From Patescibacteria group bacterium (GTDB lineage: Bacteria > Patescibacteriota > Patescibacteriia > GWA2-46-9): a stretch of DNA of 64,000 bases. The translations under genes were made by a program, and so were the position numbers. The stretch lies in contig JBAZXG010000003.1 in NCBI GenBank assembly GCA_041660005.1, positions 835-64,834 of the forward strand. Direction: 5' to 3'. The notes under the pieces were generated by a model. The model was not told where the DNA came from, made no database searches, and saw only the letters and a list, made by a program, of their open reading frames with translations. Position 1 is the first letter of the stretch. Each line of letters opens with the position of its first letter. Shown piece after piece: positions 35,098-44,073 of this stretch.

Positions 35098-35829
35098 ATG
35101 GGTAAAAATACTTTTTTGGGGTTTTCTTCGTTTGATTCGGTTCGCATTTTGTCGTCAACGAGGTCTGAAGGAAATATGCGTCTGAATGACGGCGAAGATC
35201 AGTCGCTAGGGTCGCAGTCTTTGCGGAATGCTTTTTTTAGCAAAACCGGTATACCGATTTCGTCCGTTGTTTCTGCGCAACTCTCGCATAGCATTACTAT
35301 TGCTCGGGTGACGAAAGCAAACGGCGGAACGATTGTGCGTAACGTGGATGGGCTCATCACGAACGAACGAGAACTTTATTTGACGGTTACGGCTGCCGAT
35401 TGTTTGCCAGTGATGTTTTTATCTCAAGACCCTCGCGCTATTGCTCTAGTACATGCGGGCTGGCGTGGATTACGTGATGGTATTCTGAGTAATCTAGTTA
35501 CTACGTTTCAAAAAGAATTTCGGGTTGCAGCCGAAAGTTTGCTCGCTGAAATTGGCCCAGGCATCTGTGTCGATCACTACCGATTTCCAGAAGCTGCAAC
35601 TGTGTTTAAGTCTATTCCGCAGAGTTATAAAGAATACTCCGATGGTTTGCACTTGAGTCTGCAAGTCCTTGCACGTCAGCAGTTGTTGTCTGCGGGCATA
35701 CCGCCCGATTGCATTACCGCGTCTGCAGATTGCACCTACGAAAACGCGGCTCGTTATTTTTCATATCGACGAGACCATTCTGCTGTTCTTTCTGCTAATC
35801 TCTATGGGATTTCGCTTCGTCGTGCGTAG
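35098..35829 (+). CDS. pgeF: PgeF/YfiH (laccase-like purine nucleoside phosphorylase / peptidoglycan editing factor)
   Basis: QLSH, DGLIT, TAADCLPV, HAGWRG, IGPGIC, CT...FSYRR. Confidence 0.92.
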   Translation: MGKNTFLGFSSFDSVRILSSTRSEGNMRLNDGEDQSLGSQSLRNAFFSKTGIPISSVVSAQLSHSITIARVTKANGGTIVRNVDGLITNERELYLTVTAADCLPVMFLSQDPRAIALVHAGWRGLRDGILSNLVTTFQKEFRVAAESLLAEIGPGICVDHYRFPEAATVFKSIPQSYKEYSDGLHLSLQVLARQQLLSAGIPPDCITASADCTYENAARYFSYRRDHSAVLSANLYGISLRRA

Positions 35830-35871
35830 CATATATGGGACGTAACGCTCGTCGTGCTATAATATATATCT

Positions 35872-36078
35872 ATGGGATTATTTGACCAACTTAAAACAGC
35901 ACAGGATCTTATGAAGAACATGAGTCCTGAGGACATGAAGCGCCTCATGTCTCAGGCGAACACTATGAAAGATACTCTGCGAGAGCAAGTGAGCGAACTC
36001 GTGGAGGAGGAAATTGCCAAACGTCAGTTAGTTACGAGAGACGAAGTTGAACAGTTACTCAGCGAAAGATCATCCTAG
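35872..36078 (+). CDS. Small helical hypothetical protein
   Basis: 68 aa; TGCTATAAT 8 nt upstream of the ATG. Confidence 0.7.
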   Translation: MGLFDQLKTAQDLMKNMSPEDMKRLMSQANTMKDTLREQVSELVEEEIAKRQLVTRDEVEQLLSERSS

Positions 36079-36207
36079 GTACTTATGTATCCGAAGGTGG
36101 TAGTCTCTCTGCTCCTCCTTTTTGCGTAAATTTGTTTACTGGTATTGATTCGCCAAAGGTCGCTCGTAGTCGTTAACAAAGTTCCCAGCACTAACCGTGA
36201 TACTTCG

Positions 36208-36663
36208 ATGATGACGATAACGAGTTCTGCGTTTATCGAGAACGCTACCATCCCGTCCGTTTACACTTGCGATGGGGATAACTACAATCCACCTTTATCT
36301 TTTGGCGGTGTTCCAAGAGATGCAAAAAGTCTCGCGCTCGTTTTTGAAGATCCAGACGTACCAAAGAGCATAAGAGAGGATGGCATGTGGAATCATTGGG
36401 TTGTCTACAATTTGCCGCCCGATACGCAGACAATTTTTGAAAACGCGGCGCCTCCGGGAACAGTTGGAGTGGGCACCGGAGGATTGCAAACGTATCAAGG
36501 ACCATGTCCTCCTGACCGCGAACATCGGTATTTTTTCAAATTATACGCTCTCGATAGTCTGATACCTTCGACTCAGCCACTCACAAAAGAGGAGTTGATC
36601 CAGAGAATGCAGGGTCACCTACTAGCATCGGCGGAACTCATGGGTCGCTACGGGCGTAGATAA
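36208..36663 (+). CDS. YbhB/YbcL (PEBP/Raf kinase inhibitor-like) protein; upstream signal anchor interrupted by a stop codon
   Basis: ITSSAF, YTCDG, DPD, WNHWVVYN, YQGPCPP, HRYFFKLYALD. In-frame ATG 36085 and TAA 36127 lie upstream. Confidence 0.9.
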   Translation: MMTITSSAFIENATIPSVYTCDGDNYNPPLSFGGVPRDAKSLALVFEDPDVPKSIREDGMWNHWVVYNLPPDTQTIFENAAPPGTVGVGTGGLQTYQGPCPPDREHRYFFKLYALDSLIPSTQPLTKEELIQRMQGHLLASAELMGRYGRR

Positions 36664-36721
36664 TTGTGGCAGGGCGTATATATTGCTATACTTTAAGTGT
36701 TATTTCGTAACATAGATAATT

Positions 36722-37684
36722 ATGAATCGCATAGTTACCGGACTCATCGCTGTTTTGTTGTTTTTTGTACCATTGTTTGCTGTGCAAGCTGACGAATCGG
36801 ACGTGGAGCTTCGCAATGAGCGGGGTTCGGCTCAGGAGTTACGCAATAAAACGAAACAGGAGATAGAAATCGAACGTGAGAATGCCAAGGATGAACAAGA
36901 AAAGCTGCGTAATGAAATAACGAGTGATCGGCAGCAAAAGAAAGAGGATGTGAAGAACGCCAAAAACGAAGCACGAGGTGAAATTCAAAATATTCGTGCA
37001 AGGGAGGATGACAGTACTTCAGGAAGTGATCAGGAAGAGCGGACAGCCATTGAAAAAGTAAAACAAGAGTTGCAGAAAAAAGTAGAGGCGCGACGTGAGG
37101 GTTTCAACAAAGTGAAGCAAGAGCTGAAAGCGCAGCTGGAGGAAAACCAGCAAAACTTGCAAGAGCGACTTCGGCGCAAACGGGAAGAACTGAAAAGTCG
37201 TCTGCAGGAGATTAAAGATACAGGAAAACAACAGGCAGTAGCACGCATTAACGATAATATCGATGCGGTTAATCGGAATGCACTTTCGGTTTTTAGTCGC
37301 ATCCTTGACAATCTAACGGTGATTTTAGAAAAGCTACAGAGCAGAACTGACAAGGCCGCCGCCAACGGTGCTGATGTTAGTGCCGTCATTGTAGCGATGG
37401 CAGATGTTCAATCAGCTCTGAATACGAGCAGGAGCGCCATCACGACACAAGCGGCAAAGATATATACCATTACTATTACGAGCGAGACAAATCTTGGAGA
37501 CGATGTTCGGTCCACAAGGAACATTTTACACACTGACCTTACTCGTGTTCGCAGTACGGTGATGGCGGTACGCGACTCATTGCGGCAAGCGCTTGATGTA
37601 TTAAAGAAAATACCCAATGTTGATGATGAGCTCGAATCTGCGTCTGCTGGATCAGTAACGAATAGTAATACGGCAAGTCAGTAA
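36722..37684 (+). CDS. Secreted coiled-coil protein
   Basis: Signal peptide (..LFAVQA), long E/K/R/Q-rich coiled coil, helical C-domain. Confidence 0.8.
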   Translation: MNRIVTGLIAVLLFFVPLFAVQADESDVELRNERGSAQELRNKTKQEIEIERENAKDEQEKLRNEITSDRQQKKEDVKNAKNEARGEIQNIRAREDDSTSGSDQEERTAIEKVKQELQKKVEARREGFNKVKQELKAQLEENQQNLQERLRRKREELKSRLQEIKDTGKQQAVARINDNIDAVNRNALSVFSRILDNLTVILEKLQSRTDKAAANGADVSAVIVAMADVQSALNTSRSAITTQAAKIYTITITSETNLGDDVRSTRNILHTDLTRVRSTVMAVRDSLRQALDVLKKIPNVDDELESASAGSVTNSNTASQ

Positions 37685-37705
37685 GTTTCATAAACAAATA
37701 AACGT

Positions 37706-37966
37706 ATGCATAAAAAAATTGTCATTCTTTTGCTGATTGTAGGTTTCCTGGCCCTTGGTGTCTCTCTATTGCTAAAGACAAAGACTCAGCCTGCGTCGCA
37801 AGACTCAGACGTGCAGATGCTGAACACTGAGGAGCAGTCAGAACTCCAGAACATGACACAGAGTGATTCTACGAGTGATATTAGTCAGGACTTAGGTGCT
37901 GCGGCTAGTGTTGACGACGTTAACACCATGCTCACTAATGTAGACGCTGACCTGCAGAAGCTATAA
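37706..37966 (+). CDS. Small membrane-anchored acidic protein
   Basis: N-terminal KK plus hydrophobic segment; D/S/Q-rich remainder. Confidence 0.75.
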   Translation: MHKKIVILLLIVGFLALGVSLLLKTKTQPASQDSDVQMLNTEEQSELQNMTQSDSTSDISQDLGAAASVDDVNTMLTNVDADLQKL

Positions 37967-37968
37967 CT

Positions 37969-38649
37969 ATGCCGCACAATTATTCTTATGCTTCAGTACC
38001 ACACCACAGTTTGAGCAATGCTGAACGCCTAAAAGAGATTAACAATGAGTTCGAGAAGGGATTTGCTTTATTGGAAACTGTTTCGAAAGGTGTAACATTT
38101 TGGGGTTCATCCAGAACCAAGGATGGAGAGCATCCTTATAACCAAGCCCGGGAATTGGCGTCTGCATTAACGAAACTGGGTCATACTATTGTTACGGGAG
38201 GTGGACCAGGGATTATGGAGGCAGCGAACAGAGGGGCACTCGAAGCGGGCGGACGATCTGTCGCTTTTGAAATTCAAATTCAATCTGAGCAGACAAATCC
38301 CTATATTACAGATTCGGTAAGTTTTTATTATTTCTTTGTTCGTAAAGTAATGCTGGCTAGCTCGGGACAGGCGTATGTTTATTTTCCTGGTGGCTTCGGC
38401 ACGTTGGATGAATTTTTTGAGATTTCAACACTCATTGCCACACACAAATTGCATCAAGATGTTCCTGTTGTGTTGGTGGGCAAGGATTACTGGGAACCGC
38501 TTATGCGGTGGCTGCGCAATACCGTTGTAGAGAAGTTCCACGCCTTTGAGCCCGAAGAGTTTGCTATGTGGAGAATTGTTGATACACCAAAAGAAGCGCT
38601 TGATATTGTGGAGCGCTGCAGTGGTAGGATGGGTGTGTGTAATTATTAG
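37969..38649 (+). CDS. LOG-family (Rossmann-fold, TIGR00730-like) nucleotide phosphoribohydrolase
   Basis: TGGGPGIMEAANRGA, YFFVRK, PGGFGTLDE. Confidence 0.92.
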   Translation: MPHNYSYASVPHHSLSNAERLKEINNEFEKGFALLETVSKGVTFWGSSRTKDGEHPYNQARELASALTKLGHTIVTGGGPGIMEAANRGALEAGGRSVAFEIQIQSEQTNPYITDSVSFYYFFVRKVMLASSGQAYVYFPGGFGTLDEFFEISTLIATHKLHQDVPVVLVGKDYWEPLMRWLRNTVVEKFHAFEPEEFAMWRIVDTPKEALDIVERCSGRMGVCNY

Positions 38650-38676
38650 TGTCTTTCTGGAGGCGGAACGTTGATT

Positions 38677-39564
38677 ATGCTCTTCAAAAAAGAAAACAAA
38701 ACTTTTGCACTTATCAATCCTGCGGTGGGTTTTACCCTCATTGAAGCATTGATTTCACTTGCGATTTTTACGTTCCTCAGCACAGTTGCTTTTGCCAGCT
38801 ATAAATCGTACGAACGCAGGCTGGTTATTCAGTCGGTAACTCAGGAACTGATCAGTGTTCTAGAAACAGCAAAAAACCGCACTATAGAATCTCTTAACGC
38901 TAGCTCTTATGGTGTACATTTATTACCAAATAGCTTTACTCTTTTTGGCGAAGGGAGTTATGTAGCTGGCAATCCTGCAAATGAGGTCCATCAAGTTCCG
39001 GCAGACGTCGAACTGTATGCAATTTCCGTGGGAGGCGGCAGCGACGTTATGTATGATCGGGTTCGCGGATCAACGGCGAACAGCGGCACTATCGGGATTC
39101 GTTTGGTTAGCGATCCCAACGTTGTAATGACCGTAAGTGTCCCCGCGCTTGCTCCGGTCGGTCTTCAGCACACTATTCAAACAGCAGGATCACGCCTTAC
39201 TGATGCACGCCATGTACACGTGACGCTTGGGTGGAGCATACAGAACGCAACAACTCTGGAGCTTGTTTTTAAGGACTCACCAAATCCAGATACGGTTGAG
39301 AATGTCGCAATTGCCAACTACTTGAATGCTGATCAAACAGTCTTTGATTGGGAGGGTACGCAGACTGTCAATGGTCAACCACAGGTAGTGCATATATCTT
39401 CGCACGAACTCAATGGGAGTAATACGATTTTATCGATTCGTCGCGATGGACGTTACAATAGTATAAATGTAGACATTAAAATTGACGGGCAAACGATTGT
39501 ATCTTACGGGAGCGATAATGAAGTTGTGCTTGGTGGTGCTGCTACCTCATTAGCAATACAGTAA
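38677..39564 (+). CDS. Type IV pilin-like protein (FimT/FimU-like) with extra C-terminal domain
   Basis: Class III signal G|FTLIE plus hydrophobic helix. Confidence 0.8.
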   Translation: MLFKKENKTFALINPAVGFTLIEALISLAIFTFLSTVAFASYKSYERRLVIQSVTQELISVLETAKNRTIESLNASSYGVHLLPNSFTLFGEGSYVAGNPANEVHQVPADVELYAISVGGGSDVMYDRVRGSTANSGTIGIRLVSDPNVVMTVSVPALAPVGLQHTIQTAGSRLTDARHVHVTLGWSIQNATTLELVFKDSPNPDTVENVAIANYLNADQTVFDWEGTQTVNGQPQVVHISSHELNGSNTILSIRRDGRYNSINVDIKIDGQTIVSYGSDNEVVLGGAATSLAIQ

Positions 39565-39571
39565 CAGTAGT

Positions 39572-40093
39572 ATGGATAGACTAATAAAAAAACAATTTCA
39601 AACAGCATTTCCGAAAGGATTTGGCATGATTGAGTTACTCGCGGCTATGGCGCTCGCCATTTTTATTATACCGGGCATGCTGCAGTTTTCGTTTTCTATG
39701 ACTAGGATTATTAATGGGCAGGAGCGCAGGGTAGAGGCGGCCTACTTAGCTGAGGAGGGGATTGAAGCGGTTCGAACGATGCGCGATCGCAGTTGGTCAA
39801 CAACTATTGCAGGGCTGACTCTTAATACCGATTATTATCCTACCATTCAAAGTAACGTGTGGTCATTAAGTTTGACTGACCCGGGAGTACTCCTTGGTCG
39901 CTACACGCGCACGGTGAAATTGCAGAGTGTCAATCGAGATACGAGTAGTGACATTGTTGTGCCGCCAGCGGTTGGCGGAGTTGAAGACGCCGAAACCAGG
40001 TTCGTTAGCAGTACCGTTAGTTGGACAGAACCTGGTGGTGCGGTTCGTTCCTTAACGTTGCAAGCGTACTTAACGAATTTTTTAGCTAACTAA
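39572..40093 (+). CDS. Type IV minor pilin (PilV-like)
   Basis: G|FGMIE, AAYLAEEGIEAVR, V.W motif. Confidence 0.8.
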   Translation: MDRLIKKQFQTAFPKGFGMIELLAAMALAIFIIPGMLQFSFSMTRIINGQERRVEAAYLAEEGIEAVRTMRDRSWSTTIAGLTLNTDYYPTIQSNVWSLSLTDPGVLLGRYTRTVKLQSVNRDTSSDIVVPPAVGGVEDAETRFVSSTVSWTEPGGAVRSLTLQAYLTNFLAN

Positions 40094-40100
40094 CCCGGCT

Positions 40101-40658
40101 ATGCTGTTAATTAAAAAAAGAAAACAGCAGCATCCGTTAGGCGTCTCATTGTTTGAGGTTGTTATTTATGTTGCTTTTTTCCTCGTTCTGACCATTTTAA
40201 TAACAAACGTTTCGACCCAGCTTATTGCCGTTAATCAAAATACACGAGCAACCAATGATATTATAGCGAGCGCGCGTTTTGCTGTTGATACTATTGCTCA
40301 AGAGGTGCGGCATGCTAAAAGTGTTTACTCTCCGACAAGTGTTTTTGATGTCAGTCCAGGTCAGTTAAGCTTAGAAACAACCCGAGATCTCCCCGACGGG
40401 GAAACATCTACGTTCGTCGATTTTTATATTGATACTGGACGGCTTTACTTGAGGCGGGAGGGTCAAGACCCAATTCGTTTGACGAGTGACAGCGTTATCG
40501 TTGAAGGGTTGACCTTTTCTTACTTGAATCAGTCGGTGCTTACGCCAGCAGTTCGAATGAGCATAACCGTTGCGAACTACGGCGCCAGTAGTGGTAATGT
40601 TAGTCATCGAACCATTACTCTTGTTACGACAGCCGCATTGCGTTCTTATGCGCAGTAA
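40101..40658 (+). CDS. Type IV minor pilin (PilW-like)
   Basis: G|VSLFEVVIY, I.QEVRHA, RLTS..V.V..L.F. Confidence 0.8.
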   Translation: MLLIKKRKQQHPLGVSLFEVVIYVAFFLVLTILITNVSTQLIAVNQNTRATNDIIASARFAVDTIAQEVRHAKSVYSPTSVFDVSPGQLSLETTRDLPDGETSTFVDFYIDTGRLYLRREGQDPIRLTSDSVIVEGLTFSYLNQSVLTPAVRMSITVANYGASSGNVSHRTITLVTTAALRSYAQ

Positions 40659-42429
40659 TAGAGAACAACAAGTGCGTCGTTTTATAACTCCTTATCCTCA
40701 AGGTCAGGCAGCATTGGTGGCGACCATTTTTCTTTTTTTGATTGGAACAGCTATTGTAAGTACCTGGAGCACGATTTCTATTGCTACCATTAAAACCATT
40801 GCGGCGCTTCCGAATTCGCTGCAGAGTTATTACGTCGCAGAATCGGGTATTGAAGATAGTCTATTGCGGTTAACGAACAGTAATTATGCATTTGCCGCAA
40901 ACAATACTATTACCATAGGTGAAAGTTCTACCACGGTGAGTATTAATCAAGGGAGTCAGGGTGCGACCGTTACTTCAACAGGAATGGATAGTACGCTCGT
41001 ACGTAAAGTTGTTGTCGCACTGGAGACGAATACCGTTGGTGCCAGTTTCAGTTATGGCATACAGGTTGGTTCTGGAGGACTGACCATGCGCGATAATTCT
41101 GTGATAAACGGTAATGTGTATTCGAATGGTAGCGTTGTTGGGCAAAATCACGCTACGGTAACCGGGGACGTCATTGTGGCGTCTGGCGTGCCGAGCGAAC
41201 CGGATTCGGAGTATACCTATGCAAATGCCGACCACTCTTTTGCTTTAGCGAGCACTAATAAGGCAGCGGCACAGTCATTCAGACCTCTAGCCACAGGGCC
41301 TGTTACCCAGGTGGCAGTGAACATAGCGAAGGTAGGTACCCCAAACGATAATTTGAGAGTCCGTATAGTTTCTGACAATGGCAATAAGCCATCAGGCACG
41401 ACACTAACACAGGCGTCTATCCCGGCTTCAGTAGTTGGTACTGTATCTTCGTGGATCAACATTGGTTTTAGTGATACGCCAACGCTAACTGCAGGTACTC
41501 GGTATTGGGTGGACGTTGATAGTGGCACCAGTCACCCGAACAGTTATTGGAAATGGAGGAAAGACACCGGTGATACCTATGCAAGCGAAACAGCCATGTC
41601 TGCTAGTGGTTGTTGTTCGGGTAGCACGAATTGGTCAAATTTGAATGCTGATTTAGACTTTAAAGTTTGGGTTGGTGGTACACCAACCCGTATTGAAGGA
41701 ATGACCATCGGCGACACTACGGCAGGGAGCGGTCGAGCGAACGTATTTGTAGATAGCACTATTCATGGCTCGCCCTGCCCGAACAGCTATTGCATTATAG
41801 ATTCACCAGCGCCAAGTACCATGCCTCTGTCTGGAGGGAGTATAGATGCGTTCCTTGATCAAGCCGCACAAGGAGACATCTGCGCACCGCCGATATGCAA
41901 CAGTAATGGCGATCTCATTCGTACTGGCAAAGGTAGCTCGGCCACGATTGGGCCAATGGTCATAAATGGCGATCTCAAGCTGTTTGACTATAGTTCACTT
42001 ATACTTACGGGTACGGTTCGAGTGATGGGAAACATAGATTTCAACAATCATTGCACGGTTACCCTTGACGAAAGCTATGGCTCTGGCGATGGCGTTATCG
42101 TAGCCGATGGCTGGATTAACGTAGCGAATAACTGCTCGTTTGCCGGTTCAGGTCAGATAGGCAGCTATCCACTGGTGCTGTCCATGTACCCGGACGGCGA
42201 AGACCGGCCAGCCATTGATCTCAATAATCATGCCGACGGAGTCGTTTTCTATGCAAGTGAGGGCACAATTGAGATAAGCAACAATTCAACGGTAAATAGT
42301 TTGGTTGGGTATGCCATCAGTATAAAAAACAACGCAACTATTACCTACGACAGCGGCTTGCTCGATATGAGTTTTGAGAGTGGCCCGACTGGTGGCTTTA
42401 CTATCAGTAGTTGGAAAGAGGAGCAATAA
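40648..42429 (+). CDS. PilX-like minor pilin with large Cys-containing adhesin-like C-terminal region
   Basis: G|QAALV (no E5, as in PilX), YYVAESGIEDSLLRL, beta-helix-like GNVYSNG repeats, ends SWKE; ATG 40648. Confidence 0.8.
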   Translation: MRSNREQQVRRFITPYPQGQAALVATIFLFLIGTAIVSTWSTISIATIKTIAALPNSLQSYYVAESGIEDSLLRLTNSNYAFAANNTITIGESSTTVSINQGSQGATVTSTGMDSTLVRKVVVALETNTVGASFSYGIQVGSGGLTMRDNSVINGNVYSNGSVVGQNHATVTGDVIVASGVPSEPDSEYTYANADHSFALASTNKAAAQSFRPLATGPVTQVAVNIAKVGTPNDNLRVRIVSDNGNKPSGTTLTQASIPASVVGTVSSWINIGFSDTPTLTAGTRYWVDVDSGTSHPNSYWKWRKDTGDTYASETAMSASGCCSGSTNWSNLNADLDFKVWVGGTPTRIEGMTIGDTTAGSGRANVFVDSTIHGSPCPNSYCIIDSPAPSTMPLSGGSIDAFLDQAAQGDICAPPICNSNGDLIRTGKGSSATIGPMVINGDLKLFDYSSLILTGTVRVMGNIDFNNHCTVTLDESYGSGDGVIVADGWINVANNCSFAGSGQIGSYPLVLSMYPDGEDRPAIDLNNHADGVVFYASEGTIEISNNSTVNSLVGYAISIKNNATITYDSGLLDMSFESGPTGGFTISSWKEEQ

Positions 42430-42432
42430 AAT

Positions 42433-43824
42433 ATGGAATTGACATCATACGGAGCCGCGGGTGAAGTAACTGGATCAAAGCATCTACTCACTGTTAATGG
42501 TAAGGGGTTACTCCTTGACTGCGGCATGTTTCAAGGAGCGTATGCGGAGGTAGCGCAAAAAAATGCAAATTTTCCATTTTCAATAGATAAAGTAGATGCA
42601 GTTATCCTTTCGCACGGCCACCTGGATCATTGCGGGTCTCTGCCGCTACTCGTGCGTGCGGGATATCGTGGAGCTATTTATTCCACGCCGGCGACAAAAG
42701 ACGTCGCGGAATGCATCATGCGCGACTCGGCGCACATTCAATTGCAAGACGCGGATTATCATAATAAGTATCGAAAACCAGGTTCAGCCGAAGGTCAGCC
42801 ACTCTATCTGGACAGGGACGTTGACGCGGCATTGCGGCTAATGCAACCCATTCCGTATTGGAAGCCGTTTGAACCTCTGTCGGGAGTCAAAGCGACTTTT
42901 TTTGATGCAGGACATATCCTTGGCTCGGCGCTTACCCATCTTACGATGAGCGAGGAAAATCGTACCGTTCGCTTTGGATATTCTGGTGACTTAGGCCATA
43001 AAGACATGCCCATCTTAAGAAATCCCGAAATACTCCCGACGACGGATATACTGCTTCTTGAGAGTACCTATGGTAACAAGAGCCATGAAACCCTTGGAGA
43101 GAGAACAGACAAACTGATTCAAGTGGTATTGGAAGCGATTCGGGTCGGTGGCAAAATAATTGTTCCGGCATTTGCTCTCGGTCGCATGCAGACGCTCATC
43201 TATACGTTGCATGCTTTGACGGATAGCGGAAAAATACCACGGATTCCTATCTACATTGATAGCCCATTAGGTGAACGATTGACTGCTGTTTTTGAAAAAC
43301 ATCAGGAGTGCTATGACGAAGAGACGAAAAAACTTTTCACGAGTCGTCATGATGACCCGTTTGGTTTTAGAAACTTGCAGTACGTGCAGTCGGTTGAAGA
43401 AAGCAAAGCGCTCAATATGAAGTCGGGACCCATGATTATTGTTGCGAGCTCAGGAATGGTTGAAGCAGGCCGTGTTTTACATCATCTCAAAAATGCTCTT
43501 CCTGATCCAAAAAATACCGTGCTCATCGTGGGCTATATGGCAGCAGGGACACGTGGCCGCAAGCTACTGGAGGGGGCTTCATCGCTTAGCTTTTTTGGAT
43601 TAAGCGTTCCTGTGCGAGCCAAAGTTCTAAAAATTAACGCATATTCAGCGCACGCAGATGAACATGATTTATTAGAATTTTTGGCGGGTACGAGTAATCT
43701 TCGGAAGTTGTTCTTAGTGCATGGAGATGCCACTGTTTCCGCGGATTTTGCAGAAACTGTTCGCTCTGAACTCCCAAGCATCGATGTGACCCTGCCTGAA
43801 GCAGGTCGAGCGTATGCACTCTAG
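42433..43824 (+). CDS. MBL-fold beta-CASP ribonuclease (Ysh1/CPSF-like)
   Basis: GAAGEVTGS, HGHLDH, AGHILGS, ESTYG, FALGR, SAHAD, LVHG. Confidence 0.93.
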   Translation: MELTSYGAAGEVTGSKHLLTVNGKGLLLDCGMFQGAYAEVAQKNANFPFSIDKVDAVILSHGHLDHCGSLPLLVRAGYRGAIYSTPATKDVAECIMRDSAHIQLQDADYHNKYRKPGSAEGQPLYLDRDVDAALRLMQPIPYWKPFEPLSGVKATFFDAGHILGSALTHLTMSEENRTVRFGYSGDLGHKDMPILRNPEILPTTDILLLESTYGNKSHETLGERTDKLIQVVLEAIRVGGKIIVPAFALGRMQTLIYTLHALTDSGKIPRIPIYIDSPLGERLTAVFEKHQECYDEETKKLFTSRHDDPFGFRNLQYVQSVEESKALNMKSGPMIIVASSGMVEAGRVLHHLKNALPDPKNTVLIVGYMAAGTRGRKLLEGASSLSFFGLSVPVRAKVLKINAYSAHADEHDLLEFLAGTSNLRKLFLVHGDATVSADFAETVRSELPSIDVTLPEAGRAYAL

Positions 43825-43859
43825 GTTATTATTTAAACATTGTGGTATAATCTCATCAT

Positions 43860-44066
43860 ATGTTGCAATTATTTTATAAGAGAACTAAGGGTCTAGATTA
43901 TTGGGACGTGAAGTTTGTCGGTTGTGCTGGTATGGTACTTGCTTTTATGCTCGTTCGTTTCATTCCTGAACTTGTTGACGTCAATTTTTGGTGGTGGATT
44001 AGTGTTTTTGTGCTTTTTTTACTAAGACCCTCTTATCATTTTTGGATTCAGCCTTCTAATAAATAA
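43860..44066 (+). CDS. Small two-TM membrane protein
   Basis: 68 aa, aromatic-rich; TGGTATAAT 8 nt upstream; ends 7 bp before the giant gene. Confidence 0.7.
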   Translation: MLQLFYKRTKGLDYWDVKFVGCAGMVLAFMLVRFIPELVDVNFWWWISVFVLFLLRPSYHFWIQPSNK

Positions 44067-44073
44067 AACTGTC

